Positions 18,908 through 29,035 are shown, counted from the stretch's first letter. The stretch is 64,000 bases of DNA from Candidatus Dojkabacteria bacterium (GCA_018056375.1 JAGPFQ010000001.1:247361-311360); one strand, 5' to 3'. The notes: generated from the letters alone by a model not told the origin. A program made the numbers and translations.

Positions 18908-19657
18908 CTAGACTTTATCTTTAAAATACCCAATTCTTTGTAACAATAGATACCATCTTTCCCAGAAAGTCATAAAGTGTTCACCTCTAATCTTTTCTGT
19001 TTCTTCTTTCCCTATTAACTTTTCTAAGAAACTCCTAGCTTTCTTTACAGTTGGTTTTGCAAAATATACTGCATTTATAATTGCATACTTTATTACATCT
19101 ACCTTACCTAAGAAAGCTGTTAGTTTGAAGTTTTTTCTCTCCTCATCACTACATTCCAGAAGATATCTAGCCACTTCTTGTAATCTATGATTTCCATCAA
19201 GAATATTACCTACCTTAAGTAATCCTTTGTCTAAAAGTAGTTCTTCATCTTTTGAGATAGGATAGAAAATTAATGGAGGATCTATTAATCCATCTTTAAT
19301 CTTCTTTTCTACTTTATCTCTATCATATTTTGATTCTAATATTCCATGAACCCAGTCCTTTGCTTCATCAGGGATATTTTCTTCGTTTTCAATCACTTCT
19401 TTTGCCACATCCTCTAATGTCACATTCCTTCCGCACATCTTCCAAAAGATGTATGCTGGAGCAACTGTTTGAGATGATTCAACAAATGATTGAAGTTGTA
19501 GAACATCATCTGCATCTAACTCTACAATTGTCCAATCTTCTATACCTAATTTCTCAAAACTATATTGTCTTCCTTGATCTTCTGATTTTTGAGATTGAAT
19601 ATGGTCGTTATATGCTGAAATTGCTTCTGGGGAGATACTTTCTACTACTGTTCTCAT
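18908..19657 (-). CDS. Hypothetical protein with a C-terminal ParB/Srx-like (DGxHR) nuclease-fold motif.
   Basis: VGNILDGNHRLQEVARYL resembles the ParB_N/sulfiredoxin DGHHR motif. The rest is unrecognised. Confidence 0.3.
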   Translation of the reverse strand: MRTVVESISPEAISAYNDHIQSQKSEDQGRQYSFEKLGIEDWTIVELDADDVLQLQSFVESSQTVAPAYIFWKMCGRNVTLEDVAKEVIENEENIPDEAKDWVHGILESKYDRDKVEKKIKDGLIDPPLIFYPISKDEELLLDKGLLKVGNILDGNHRLQEVARYLLECSDEERKNFKLTAFLGKVDVIKYAIINAVYFAKPTVKKARSFLEKLIGKEETEKIRGEHFMTFWERWYLLLQRIGYFKDKV

Positions 19658-19737
19658 ACTATATTATACCATTTTTTGATATATTCAGACTAGTACTGTT
19701 AAAAAGTAAGGATTTTTAGTAAAATACATCATACCAA

Positions 19738-19821
19738 GCCGAGGTGGTGAAACTGGCAGACACGTATGCCTTAGGAGCATATGGGGTAAAACCCTTGGAG
19801 GTTCGAGTCCTCTCCTCGGCA
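19738..19821 (+). tRNA. tRNA-Leu(UAG), class II with a long variable arm.
   Basis: Acceptor is GCCGAGG/CCTCGGC. Anticodon loop is CTTAGGA. Variable arm is TGGGGTAAAACCCTT. T-loop is TTCGAGT. Confidence 0.85.
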
Positions 19822-19828
19822 CTTTTCA

Positions 19829-20329
19829 TTATTCACTCTCTGGAAGATATCTGTGTACCTTTAAACCTTTATCTATTGCATCAGCTAGGATCAAAGTATC
19901 CCAATCTTCTTCATTGTTAAGACCAGTTGGGATAACAAAAGATTCTTCTCCTTCATTTGTAATCAAAAACATCTCCTTCCCTAATCTATTTGCCGTTTCA
20001 ATACCCAAATCTAAAGCATCTATTAAAGGAATTTCCTCTCCTGTTTTAAGAACAGAATCAAAAGGTATCTCTGTTCCTAAATCAGATGGATTTAACTTAA
20101 AAGTTTGAAAACCTTCATAGATTATTTCACTTAATCTAGAAATATGTTTCCTTGTTAGTGTTCGAGGAATTAAGACAGAAAGATTTTGAGAACGAATATC
20201 TATAATTAAATGATTATCTTGTTTAAATGTATCTGTTTTTAATAATACTAAAGTACTACTTATATTTTGATCTATTTCATTAATTCTCTCTGATTTACGT
20301 CTTTTTTGTTCTATTTCAGGGTTTTCCAT
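19829..20329 (-). CDS. Hypothetical protein.
   Basis: ORF only. No recognisable motif. Confidence 0.3.
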   Translation of the reverse strand: MENPEIEQKRRKSERINEIDQNISSTLVLLKTDTFKQDNHLIIDIRSQNLSVLIPRTLTRKHISRLSEIIYEGFQTFKLNPSDLGTEIPFDSVLKTGEEIPLIDALDLGIETANRLGKEMFLITNEGEESFVIPTGLNNEEDWDTLILADAIDKGLKVHRYLPESE

Positions 20330-20379
20330 ATTTAATATTATATCTATTTAAATTCTAAAAAAAATTATACCTTAAACCT

Positions 20380-20943
20380 TTAGAAGTTCTGGGTCATCTC
20401 CTCAGCATTTTTCTCAATATCTGTAACTTTAAAACCATTTACAACTAATTCTGTTATAAATGCTGAATCAGTATAAATACTACTACCTTTTTTCTCTATA
20501 TCAAGACCTTCTGGTAGCATAATACTTATCCAATTACCTAAGCATAATTGGGAGGGACTTTCAAAATCTTCTGTCAACAATATTAGTTGCTGAATTCCTT
20601 CTGTAATCCTTCCTTTACTATTACGTAAATTCTTAATTTTTTCTGCTGGTGTTCTATTATCTTCATAGCCATAAAGCAAAAATTTCGCTGGTATTCCTCT
20701 ACTATATTTGAAGTCATCTCCTCCTGTTATTCTTAACCCTCTAAGTATTAAATCTTGTAGATGATCTCTTTCCGCTTTAAAAAACAAGACTTCTCTTAAT
20801 TCTGGGGTTAGATGAAGTAGAAATCTTTTATCTTCATATGAATGTTCAATTAAAACATTTTCACCACTCCTTGTTCTATTTAACCCATCATGGATAGTTT
20901 CTGCAAGTAATGGATATACAGATAAAATAGGGTCTTTGTCCAT
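20380..20943 (-). CDS. Hypothetical protein.
   Basis: ORF only. Confidence 0.3.
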   Translation of the reverse strand: MDKDPILSVYPLLAETIHDGLNRTRSGENVLIEHSYEDKRFLLHLTPELREVLFFKAERDHLQDLILRGLRITGGDDFKYSRGIPAKFLLYGYEDNRTPAEKIKNLRNSKGRITEGIQQLILLTEDFESPSQLCLGNWISIMLPEGLDIEKKGSSIYTDSAFITELVVNGFKVTDIEKNAEEMTQNF

Positions 20944-21065
20944 CTCAATAGTTATTAAAATAATATATTTATCACTATCGGATTATACCATTCATAAAAG
21001 AAAAAAGCACCACATAGAGGTTTTGGTAAATAGAAACTATGCATATATGCATACTATCTTACCTC

Positions 21066-21437
21066 TTAGTAGTGCTTTATCCTTGTCCTAGGTGGTCTTC
21101 TTATTTTTATTTTTACTTCTTCTCCAACAAACCTATCTTGGTATTTTTTAAGGAACTCATCACAAAAGACAGTCCTCTCCCAAAAGGTTTTGAGAATAAT
21201 GAGCACTTCTAGCCTATCAGAAGCAGAGAAATCCTTTAACTCTCTTTCCCCTATCTCTAGGAATTTCTCAGAAGTTAGATGCTCTTCTTCCTGAGCTAGA
21301 TAGGCCCAAAATAATGCTCCCACAACTAATTTCTCAATATATGGGTTTCTATAATTGACTTTTATAAGTCGATATAGACCCACTTTTTGGTCTTCGATAA
21401 CTTCGAAGGCCTTCAGTAAATTAATTTGTTCTGCCAT
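21066..21437 (-). CDS. Hypothetical protein.
   Basis: ORF only. Confidence 0.3.
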   Translation of the reverse strand: MAEQINLLKAFEVIEDQKVGLYRLIKVNYRNPYIEKLVVGALFWAYLAQEEEHLTSEKFLEIGERELKDFSASDRLEVLIILKTFWERTVFCDEFLKKYQDRFVGEEVKIKIRRPPRTRIKHY

Positions 21438-21584
21438 TTTCCTCCTTTCTTAGGACAAGGAGCATAGACATATGTCTACATATATATTATACCATTTTAT
21501 TATAGGTCTTAACAATGGAACATCTAATCATTAAAACACTATAAGTACATTCTTAATTTTGAAAATATGGTAGAATAACCAAGT

Positions 21585-21821
21585 ATGTTTAAGAAAATAA
21601 TAAGACCGTTCCAAGAAGTGTTGCTAGAAAGAAAGCTATGTGTTGGATGTACACATCCTCTTACTAAAGCAAAGAAGTTAGGAAACCTGTCTGATAATAG
21701 AATTATGGTTGAATGTAAATGTAAGAGAAGATATGTATATGAGAAAGAATTAGCTGCTTTTAAGAGAGCAACATTTGCAGAAGAACAGCAAATATTAAGT
21801 CAAATAGCTAAAGGTGAGTAG
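21585..21821 (+). CDS. Small putative zinc-ribbon protein (CxxC...CxC).
   Basis: CVGCTHPL...ECKCKRRY. Confidence 0.3.
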   Translation: MFKKIIRPFQEVLLERKLCVGCTHPLTKAKKLGNLSDNRIMVECKCKRRYVYEKELAAFKRATFAEEQQILSQIAKGE

Positions 21822-21867
21822 TTAGGCTTCACAAAAGGCTTTTTATATAGTAAAATAACAACATTAT

Positions 21868-21943
21868 GCCGCTATCGTCTAGTGGTCTAGGACAACAGGT
21901 TTTCATCCTGTAAACCGGGGTTCGATTCCCCGTAGCGGTACCA
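21868..21943 (+). tRNA. tRNA-Glu(UUC), CCA encoded.
   Basis: Acceptor is GCCGCTA/TAGCGGT. Anticodon loop is TTTTCAT. T-loop is TTCGATT. 3' ACCA. Confidence 0.85.
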
Positions 21944-21948
21944 TTTTT

Positions 21949-22632
21949 ATGAATCTTTTTAAAACTAAAAGAAAAGTTCCCTATCTAATCCTCATACTTT
22001 TGTTAATACCAAATATATTACTTGGTGGTATTAATATATTTATTAGGAAAAGTAGTGAAAAACATATATTCCATGAACAAAGTATAAATGTATTAGAAGA
22101 TGGAAGCTATGATGCAATATTAATATTAGGAAGCGGTATTAGAAATAACTACCCTACTCCAATTCTAAAAGAAAGATTAGATACAGGTATATATCTCTAC
22201 GAAAACGATATTGCACCTAAAATCATTATGGGTGGTGACCATGGTCAAGAATACTACGATGAGGTAAACATTATGAAAGAATATGCCATTGAAAAAGGAG
22301 TTCCCTCAGAAGATATCTTCATGGATCATGCAGGTTTTTCAACATATGAGAGTATGTATAGAGCTCAGTATATCTTTGGTGTTCAAAAATTAGTTGTAGT
22401 ATCACAAAAATATCATCTTTACAGAGCTATATATATTGGTAGAAATCTAGGTATGGATGTTGTTGGTGCTAATGCAACTAAAACCATTATGGGTGGACAT
22501 CGTGCAAGACTAACTAGGGAAGTTTTTGCTCAAGGTAAAGACTTTTTAAAAGTTATCTTAAGACCTGAACCAACCTTTCTAGGTGAAAAGATATCCTTAG
22601 ATGGAAGTGGAGATATTACAAATGATAAATAA
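21949..22632 (+). CDS. SanA/YdcF/ElyC-family (DUF218) membrane-associated protein.
   Basis: N-terminal TM then DAILILGSG...KIIMGGDHGQ...VVVSQKYHLYRA core. Confidence 0.55.
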   Translation: MNLFKTKRKVPYLILILLLIPNILLGGINIFIRKSSEKHIFHEQSINVLEDGSYDAILILGSGIRNNYPTPILKERLDTGIYLYENDIAPKIIMGGDHGQEYYDEVNIMKEYAIEKGVPSEDIFMDHAGFSTYESMYRAQYIFGVQKLVVVSQKYHLYRAIYIGRNLGMDVVGANATKTIMGGHRARLTREVFAQGKDFLKVILRPEPTFLGEKISLDGSGDITNDK

Positions 22633-22697
22633 TTGACAAAGATAGTGGTATTCAATAAACTGTATACAGTAACTAAATATTTTATCTATCCATATTT

Positions 22698-23309
22698 ATG
22701 TACGAGCAAGAACCAGAAAAGGAACTAACACCACAAGAGAAAATAGCTTCAGCTTTAGGATCTGTTGGTAAGTTCATTCTATCTTTTGTAGAGACAATTG
22801 TTGTTGCACTAGTTATCTCCGTTGTTATCTACCTCTTTGTAATGACACCTCATGAGGTTGTAGGACAATCTATGCATCCTACATATAAAAATGGGGAGAT
22901 GTTAATGGCAAATAAAATTACATATAAAATAGGAAAACCTAAAAGAGGAGATGTCATAATCTTTAAATACACAGAAACACAAGATTTTATAAAAAGAATA
23001 ATAGGTTTACCTGGAGACATTGTGATGTTAAAAGATGGTAAACTCTACATTAACGGTTCTCTCCTTGATGAAAGTCACTATCTTCAAAGTAGTGTATATA
23101 CCAATGGTGGACAATATTTGACAGAGGGAGAACAAGTTACAGTTCCAGAAGGAAGATATTTCGTATGTGGTGATAACAGACCACATAGTTCTGATTCCAG
23201 ATCTTTTGGTCCTATAGATGAGAAAGATATTAAAGGAAAAGCATGGATTGTTTACTATCCATTTGCTAATTTTAGATTGGTTAAGCACGAGATTTATCAA
23301 GGGTTCTAG
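22698..23309 (+). CDS. lepB: Signal peptidase I.
   Basis: GQSMHPTY (catalytic Ser). KRIIGLPGD. GDNRPHSSDSR. Confidence 0.85.
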   Translation: MYEQEPEKELTPQEKIASALGSVGKFILSFVETIVVALVISVVIYLFVMTPHEVVGQSMHPTYKNGEMLMANKITYKIGKPKRGDVIIFKYTETQDFIKRIIGLPGDIVMLKDGKLYINGSLLDESHYLQSSVYTNGGQYLTEGEQVTVPEGRYFVCGDNRPHSSDSRSFGPIDEKDIKGKAWIVYYPFANFRLVKHEIYQGF

Positions 23310-23341
23310 AATTCTTGTGTGAAACATGATAATCTTTACAT

Positions 23342-24136
23342 ATGCAGGTATTCGTAATTGCAAATCAAAAAGGTGGTGTTGGGAAAACAACTACAGTAAT
23401 GAACTTAGGAGCTGCATTAGCTCGAAAAAAGAGAAAGGTTTTACTTGTAGACCTAGATCCCCAATCAAATCTTTCTTCTGGTGTGGGTTTTACTAAACAG
23501 TTTGATAAACAAAGCTGGGACTCAAAAGATGAAGCTCCATACAAGAGTGTATATGATGTTTTAATTGGAGGAGAGAGTATTTCTTCTGTCTTTGTTACTA
23601 CATCTACTCCAAATCTTTTTCTTTTACCATCACATCTTTCATTAGCTGGGGCAGAGATAGAAATGGTAAATGTAATATCCAGAGAATTACTTCTAAAGAA
23701 GGCACTAGATAATATGAATGAGGATTTTGATTATGTCTTAATAGATTGTCCTCCTTCACTGGGACTTCTAACAATAAATGCACTTAGTGCTGCACAGAAA
23801 TTGATAATACCAATACAATGCGAATACTTTGCACTTGAAGGATTGGGACAATTGATAGAAACAACGAAATTAATAAAGGGTGTTAATCCATCTCTTACAA
23901 TTGGAGGTATTGTACTCACAATGTACGATAGTAGAACCAAGCTATCAGAGAATGTTGTTAATGATGTAAAAGAATTCTTTAAGGATGCTGCATTTAAATC
24001 AATCGTACCTCGAAATGTACGACTATCTGAAGCACCTTCACACGGTAAAACTATTTTCGAATATGATGACAAGTCAACAGGAGCAATGGCATACAACAAA
24101 TTAGCCAACGAATTTATAAAAAGATTCGAAGATTAA
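23342..24136 (+). CDS. parA: Chromosome partitioning ATPase ParA/Soj.
   Basis: IANQKGGVGKTTT is a deviant Walker A. Full-length Soj-like protein. Confidence 0.85.
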   Translation: MQVFVIANQKGGVGKTTTVMNLGAALARKKRKVLLVDLDPQSNLSSGVGFTKQFDKQSWDSKDEAPYKSVYDVLIGGESISSVFVTTSTPNLFLLPSHLSLAGAEIEMVNVISRELLLKKALDNMNEDFDYVLIDCPPSLGLLTINALSAAQKLIIPIQCEYFALEGLGQLIETTKLIKGVNPSLTIGGIVLTMYDSRTKLSENVVNDVKEFFKDAAFKSIVPRNVRLSEAPSHGKTIFEYDDKSTGAMAYNKLANEFIKRFED

Positions 24137-24154
24137 ATTAAGTGATTTAAAAAA

Positions 24155-25009
24155 ATGAGTAATACACAAAGATTGGGTAAAGGATTAGCTGCATTAATCA
24201 GTTCTAACGAGATAGATAATACGAGTAGTTCATATGTTCCAAATTTCAAAATAGAAAATATCTCTCCTAATCCATATCAACCAAGAATGCATATAAATCC
24301 AGAAGAGTTGATTGAAATCGCAGACTCTATTCGTGAGCATGGAGTTATCCAACCTTTAATAATCACAAAGAACAGAAATGGAGAGGGATATTATCTAATT
24401 GCAGGAGAAAGAAGATTAAGAGCTTCTCAGCTTGCAGGACTTAAGACAGTTCCTGTAGTTATCAAAGACAGTTCTCCCAAAGAGATGTTAGAGATTGCAA
24501 TAATTGAGAATGTTCAAAGAAAAGACTTAAATCCACTAGAAGAAGCATATGCATACAAGCAGATGCAAGATGAGTTTGGTATGTCTCAACAGGAGATTGC
24601 AAACAAGATTGGTCTAAGTAGAGTTGCTGTTACAAATAAAATTAGACTACTTAATATTCCTGAATCTGTTAAAGAAGATATTCTAAATGAAAGGTTGAGT
24701 GAAGGACATGCTAGAGCATTACTTGGTATTAAGGATAAAACCTCTTTAATTGCAGCTGCAGATTTAGTTATAAAGAGAGGTATGAGTGTTAGAGAGACAG
24801 AGAAACTAGTAAGAAAGATTTCATATGGTAAAGGTAGTACAACTAGGTTATGGAAAACAACAGATGCTCAAACTACAAAGTATTCAGAACAATTAAGTAA
24901 GAAGCTTGGATATTCAGCACATATTCAGAAGATGACAAAAGGTGGTAAGCTTGTTATTAGATACAACAATGTTGAAGAGTTAGATGATTTAATGAAGAAG
25001 TTGTTGTAA
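24155..25009 (+). CDS. parB: Chromosome partitioning protein ParB/Spo0J.
   Basis: GVIQPLIIT...YYLIAGERRLRAS ParB box. HTH is QQEIANKIGLSRVAVTN. Confidence 0.85.
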   Translation: MSNTQRLGKGLAALISSNEIDNTSSSYVPNFKIENISPNPYQPRMHINPEELIEIADSIREHGVIQPLIITKNRNGEGYYLIAGERRLRASQLAGLKTVPVVIKDSSPKEMLEIAIIENVQRKDLNPLEEAYAYKQMQDEFGMSQQEIANKIGLSRVAVTNKIRLLNIPESVKEDILNERLSEGHARALLGIKDKTSLIAAADLVIKRGMSVRETEKLVRKISYGKGSTTRLWKTTDAQTTKYSEQLSKKLGYSAHIQKMTKGGKLVIRYNNVEELDDLMKKLL

Positions 25010-25756
25010 TTAAGCAGTTACTTCCTGTCTTAGTTTCTCATATGTCAATATAGATGCCGTTGCACTAACATTTAGTGATCCTATTCCTTCTCTCATTGGT
25101 ATAGATAGAGCTCCATCAACTCTTTCAAGAATACCTGTAGATATACCTACATCCTCAGCACCTAGTACAAAAGCAATTGGTCCTCTCAAATCTTCTTCAT
25201 AATAATTTTTACCATCCATATGTATAGCATATGTCTTAATATCATTCTCTTTAAGAGTCTTAAGAGCCTCAAAGAGCTTCATCTCTACTAAAGGTACTCT
25301 CTCTGCAGCACCCATTGAAATTCTAATTGTCTCATCAGATATTAAGCTCTTCTTCTGAGGATTAACTATTATTCCATTCACACCTACAGCAAAAGCAGTT
25401 CTCATAATAGCGGCAATGTTTTGAGAATATTTTAGATTATCAAGTATTAAGAAGAATGGTTGTTTCTTTTCTTCATATATCTTCTCTAGTAATTCCCTCA
25501 AAGTCCAACTATTTTGAGAATACATAACGCCAACAATACTTTCAGCTGAAGAAGATCTTAATCTTCTATTAATTGCTTTTCTAGAAATTTTAAGTATTGG
25601 AATACCTCTTTGTCCTGCTAGTTTGTAAATCTCTTTACTCTTCTCATCTTTAAATGCACTACCAGCTGCATATATCCTGTCAAAATCTCTACCCTCTTTT
25701 AAAAGCTCCAAAAGGGCATTCTTACTCTCAATCTGTATAAATCTGGATTTAGCCAT
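25010..25756 (-). CDS. SpoU/TrmH-family RNA 2'-O-methyltransferase, RlmB-like in size.
   Basis: FVLGAEDVGIS and SLNVSATASIL SPOUT motifs. Confidence 0.7.
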   Translation of the reverse strand: MAKSRFIQIESKNALLELLKEGRDFDRIYAAGSAFKDEKSKEIYKLAGQRGIPILKISRKAINRRLRSSSAESIVGVMYSQNSWTLRELLEKIYEEKKQPFFLILDNLKYSQNIAAIMRTAFAVGVNGIIVNPQKKSLISDETIRISMGAAERVPLVEMKLFEALKTLKENDIKTYAIHMDGKNYYEEDLRGPIAFVLGAEDVGISTGILERVDGALSIPMREGIGSLNVSATASILTYEKLRQEVTA

Positions 25757-25766
25757 AGTAATATGA

Positions 25767-26027
25767 CTATTTTATCACATCAACAAAAAACTGTCCTCTC
25801 TTAGATCCACTCATTCTTCTAAAGGAAACTGTACCATCTATTTGAGCATGAATAGTGTGTGTCTTACCCATATATGTATTATTTCCAGGATGATAGACAG
25901 AACCTCTCTGTCTTACAATTATATTTCCAGCTTTTACTTGCTCTCCAGCAAACTTCTTAACACCTAGCCTCTTACCAGCTACTTTACCTTGGTTTGATGT
26001 TGTACTACCTGCTGCAACCTTTGCCAT
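25767..26027 (-). CDS. rpmA: 50S ribosomal protein L27.
   Basis: [31 protein letters not shown]. Confidence 0.9.
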   Translation of the reverse strand: MAKVAAGSTTSNQGKVAGKRLGVKKFAGEQVKAGNIIVRQRGSVYHPGNNTYMGKTHTIHAQIDGTVSFRRMSGSKRGQFFVDVIK

Positions 26028-26055
26028 TTATTCTTTATTTCAAATTATATATATA

Positions 26056-27246
26056 CTAGGTTCTTTCTAGTATGAAAATGTTACGGGTAATAATACTATT
26101 TTTTCTCATCCACTTCAAGTCCTCTTGTACAAGTGTCGTATTTTTGACAGTCCATCTCTTCCCTACTAACTCTCTAATACCAAAAGTTCTCCATCCTTTA
26201 TCTGTTTTATACGAAGGAAGTATCATCACTACCTTTATTCCCCTCTTCTGAAGTTTCTCATCTATCAGTTCAAAAAGTTTTCTGTATAATCGTTTTACAT
26301 CTTCCAAAAGCTTATTTGCATATTCTACAGAGAGTATTCTAGTTTGGGGAGGTCCCATATATGGTTCACAAACAATAGCATCTATATCTGTATGTTTTAA
26401 TTTATTAACAATCCCTTGATCTGGTTTTAATATATCAAACTGAAAAGCACTGTAATATGTATTCTCTGTTATCTGACCTTCTCCAAGAAGCCATTTAATA
26501 TTATTCTCTGTATCTATAACAGCTCTAGGGTCAATATCTGATGCTAGAAAATCAAAACCTAAAACAGCTGCTTCCATTAGAAGAGTACCTGATCCACAGA
26601 AAGGATCCCATATTACACCATTCTTTAATCCCGTTAGATTAACCATTATCCTTGCAAGCTTTGGAGGAAGTGTACCCATCTGTAAATTACTCTCAGGTCT
26701 TTTAATATCTCTACCAACAAAACCTTCTAAATCTTGTATCTCTAATGTTTTACCATATATCTCTTGATACCCATTTCTAATTAAAACAAGTTCAAAACCT
26801 TCGGAAAGAATATTGTTCTTTATTATCTGTGCAGCATTCAAAGATATATCTTTATGTTGTGGTAAAACAAATCTAGAAGATATTTTGTTTTCTCTAAGTT
26901 GTTTCTTTATACCATTGGCTAACTTTTTTAATACAGCACTATCATTCTTTTTTCCTTCTCCTAATATTGAAATACCAAATGTTACTTTCTTTCCATCCTC
27001 AGCATTCATTTCAAAAGAATCTATATCTTCAATAATTTCACCAAGTCTAATAGCACCACCTAATCTTAAAAAGATTATTCTAGCTAGTTGAGAGGTAATC
27101 TTTTCATCAATATTTAGTAGAAAAATATGCTTTCCATATCTACTCACACATTCTCTATGTAATCCAAAAGATGAAAGTACAGACAATAGTTCTGCAAATG
27201 ATAGCTCTGGAAAGACCCCAGATTGAATGAAGAGTTGTTTGGACAT
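26056..27246 (-). CDS. THUMP-domain class I SAM-dependent RNA methyltransferase, RlmL/Trm14-like.
   Basis: DPFCGSGTLLMEAA SAM motif I after an N-terminal THUMP-like region. It sits between rplU and rpmA. Confidence 0.55.
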   Translation of the reverse strand: MSKQLFIQSGVFPELSFAELLSVLSSFGLHRECVSRYGKHIFLLNIDEKITSQLARIIFLRLGGAIRLGEIIEDIDSFEMNAEDGKKVTFGISILGEGKKNDSAVLKKLANGIKKQLRENKISSRFVLPQHKDISLNAAQIIKNNILSEGFELVLIRNGYQEIYGKTLEIQDLEGFVGRDIKRPESNLQMGTLPPKLARIMVNLTGLKNGVIWDPFCGSGTLLMEAAVLGFDFLASDIDPRAVIDTENNIKWLLGEGQITENTYYSAFQFDILKPDQGIVNKLKHTDIDAIVCEPYMGPPQTRILSVEYANKLLEDVKRLYRKLFELIDEKLQKRGIKVVMILPSYKTDKGWRTFGIRELVGKRWTVKNTTLVQEDLKWMRKNSIITRNIFILERT

Positions 27247-27247
27247 C

Positions 27248-27667
27248 TTAGCTAATACTTTTAACTAATACTCTAGTAATACTTGGTCTGTAACCGTATC
27301 TTCTTCTCTGTCTAGACTTAGCTTTGTAAGTGAAGCCCTCTATCTTCTTACCTTTCTTTTGTGATGTAATCTCTAATTTGACAGTCGCACCATCAATGTA
27401 AGGGGTTCCTACTTTTGTATCTTTCCCATCGGAGATTAGTAAAACTTCCTTAATTTCTAATTTATCTCCTTTCTTTCCTTCTAGCTTGTTTACTTCATAT
27501 CCCATACCTTCGAATACCTTTAACTGAACTCCTGAAATTGCGATTACTGCAAACTTTTCACTTTTCTTTGCCTCTACCTTAACTTCTTTTTTAGGAGTAG
27601 CTTTTTTAACAACTTTTTTATCAGTTGTTGTCTTTTTTGTAGCTTTTGTTTCTTTTTTGTCTGCCAT
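27248..27667 (-). CDS. rplU: 50S ribosomal protein L21 with a Lys-rich N-terminal extension of about 40 aa.
   Basis: FAVIAISGVQLKVFEG...YKAKSRQRRRYGYR is the L21 core, preceded by KKETKATKKTTTDKKVVKKATPKKEVK. Confidence 0.85.
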   Translation of the reverse strand: MADKKETKATKKTTTDKKVVKKATPKKEVKVEAKKSEKFAVIAISGVQLKVFEGMGYEVNKLEGKKGDKLEIKEVLLISDGKDTKVGTPYIDGATVKLEITSQKKGKKIEGFTYKAKSRQRRRYGYRPSITRVLVKSIS

Positions 27668-27712
27668 AGGTATGGATTTTATGTTATGTAGCTAAAAAAG
27701 TCAATCTTTTTA

Positions 27713-29035
27713 TCATTTCTCATATACTTCCACCAAATCAGAACTACTTACTCTAATCTTTTTTGCATTCTTCTTCCCTATATTATTAACTAAACCTAAA
27801 GATGCAAGAGTCATAATGGTAATAGTTCCACCAGCACTCATTAATGGAAGAGGTATTCCTGTTGCAGGTATACTACCCGTATTTGTCCCTATATTCGTAA
27901 ATACCTCTAAAAGAATTTTAACTCCTACCCCTATACATATTAGAGAGAGGGTTACATCCTTTTCACTAGCTATTGCATGCCAAAAACAGAAAATTATGAT
28001 TATCGTGTAGAGAGCCATCAGGAAAATACTCCCTACAAGACCAAATTCCTCGGCAAAAGATGCAAAGATAAAGTCTGTTCTAAACTCAGGTAAGAAGTTT
28101 CTTTTACTCTGTGTTCCATTTCCAAAACCTTTACCAAATATCTGCCCTGATCCAATTGCAATCTTTGATTGGTTTACATTAAAAAGTTTGTCAGGAGAAA
28201 TTTCCTCTGGTGAGATAAATGCGACTATTCTAGTTTTTTGGTAATCTTTTAATACCTTATTCCATGTAACAGAAGTTATTATACCTAGGAGAAGCGCTAT
28301 TGACAGAGATATTACAATCAATATCTTCCAGTTTTCCTTTACATAGAAACCAAAGATTGAAATTATCACAACAGGTATTAGTAAAAGATACCAAAGATTA
28401 TTTAATGTGATAGAAGAGAGGAGAAAAGCACCAATCGTTAAGATTATTATACTAAGAAGTGTAATATTCCTAATAGGATTATTCAAACCCATAAATGCTA
28501 ATACAAACCATATCCCAAGTGTTAGTAAAGTCATACTTCCACTTGGTTGTAAATATATTAATACTAGTATTGGTAGAACAAGAAGAAAAGATATGAGAAA
28601 AAGAAACCATTCATTATATTTCTCTTTTAAAGAGAAAACCACTGATGTAGTTATTATTACAGTCAGTTTAGCAATCTCAGAAGGCTGTATTTGTATTGGA
28701 CCTATTATTAACCACCTTTTTACATTTTTAATTGGTGGACCAAAGAGTAGTGTCGCAACAAGAAGTGCCAATGTGAAGATGTAGATTACTAGAACAATTT
28801 GCCACTGTTTGAGATGATTTAAATCTATTTTACTTAAAATTAAAAAGAATATTATTCCTACTGCAGTAAATATCAATTGTTTTACAAAAATGGACTTATC
28901 ACCTAAACCTCCAGTTGGTAGAATTAGAGTTGAGTAGAGAGTAAGTAAACCTATTAAAATTAGTAGCAAGATTGTTAGTAAGAAAGGCCAATTGGAAAGC
29001 CTTCTTTTTAAACTTGAAGACGCTAATGATTTCAT
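27713..29035 (-). CDS. ftsW: SEDS-family peptidoglycan glycosyltransferase FtsW/RodA.
   Basis: Ten TM helices. FASFAEEFGLVGS...PLPLMSAGGT conserved SEDS region. Adjacent to ftsZ. Confidence 0.8.
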   Translation of the reverse strand: MKSLASSSLKRRLSNWPFLLTILLLILIGLLTLYSTLILPTGGLGDKSIFVKQLIFTAVGIIFFLILSKIDLNHLKQWQIVLVIYIFTLALLVATLLFGPPIKNVKRWLIIGPIQIQPSEIAKLTVIITTSVVFSLKEKYNEWFLFLISFLLVLPILVLIYLQPSGSMTLLTLGIWFVLAFMGLNNPIRNITLLSIIILTIGAFLLSSITLNNLWYLLLIPVVIISIFGFYVKENWKILIVISLSIALLLGIITSVTWNKVLKDYQKTRIVAFISPEEISPDKLFNVNQSKIAIGSGQIFGKGFGNGTQSKRNFLPEFRTDFIFASFAEEFGLVGSIFLMALYTIIIIFCFWHAIASEKDVTLSLICIGVGVKILLEVFTNIGTNTGSIPATGIPLPLMSAGGTITIMTLASLGLVNNIGKKNAKKIRVSSSDLVEVYEK

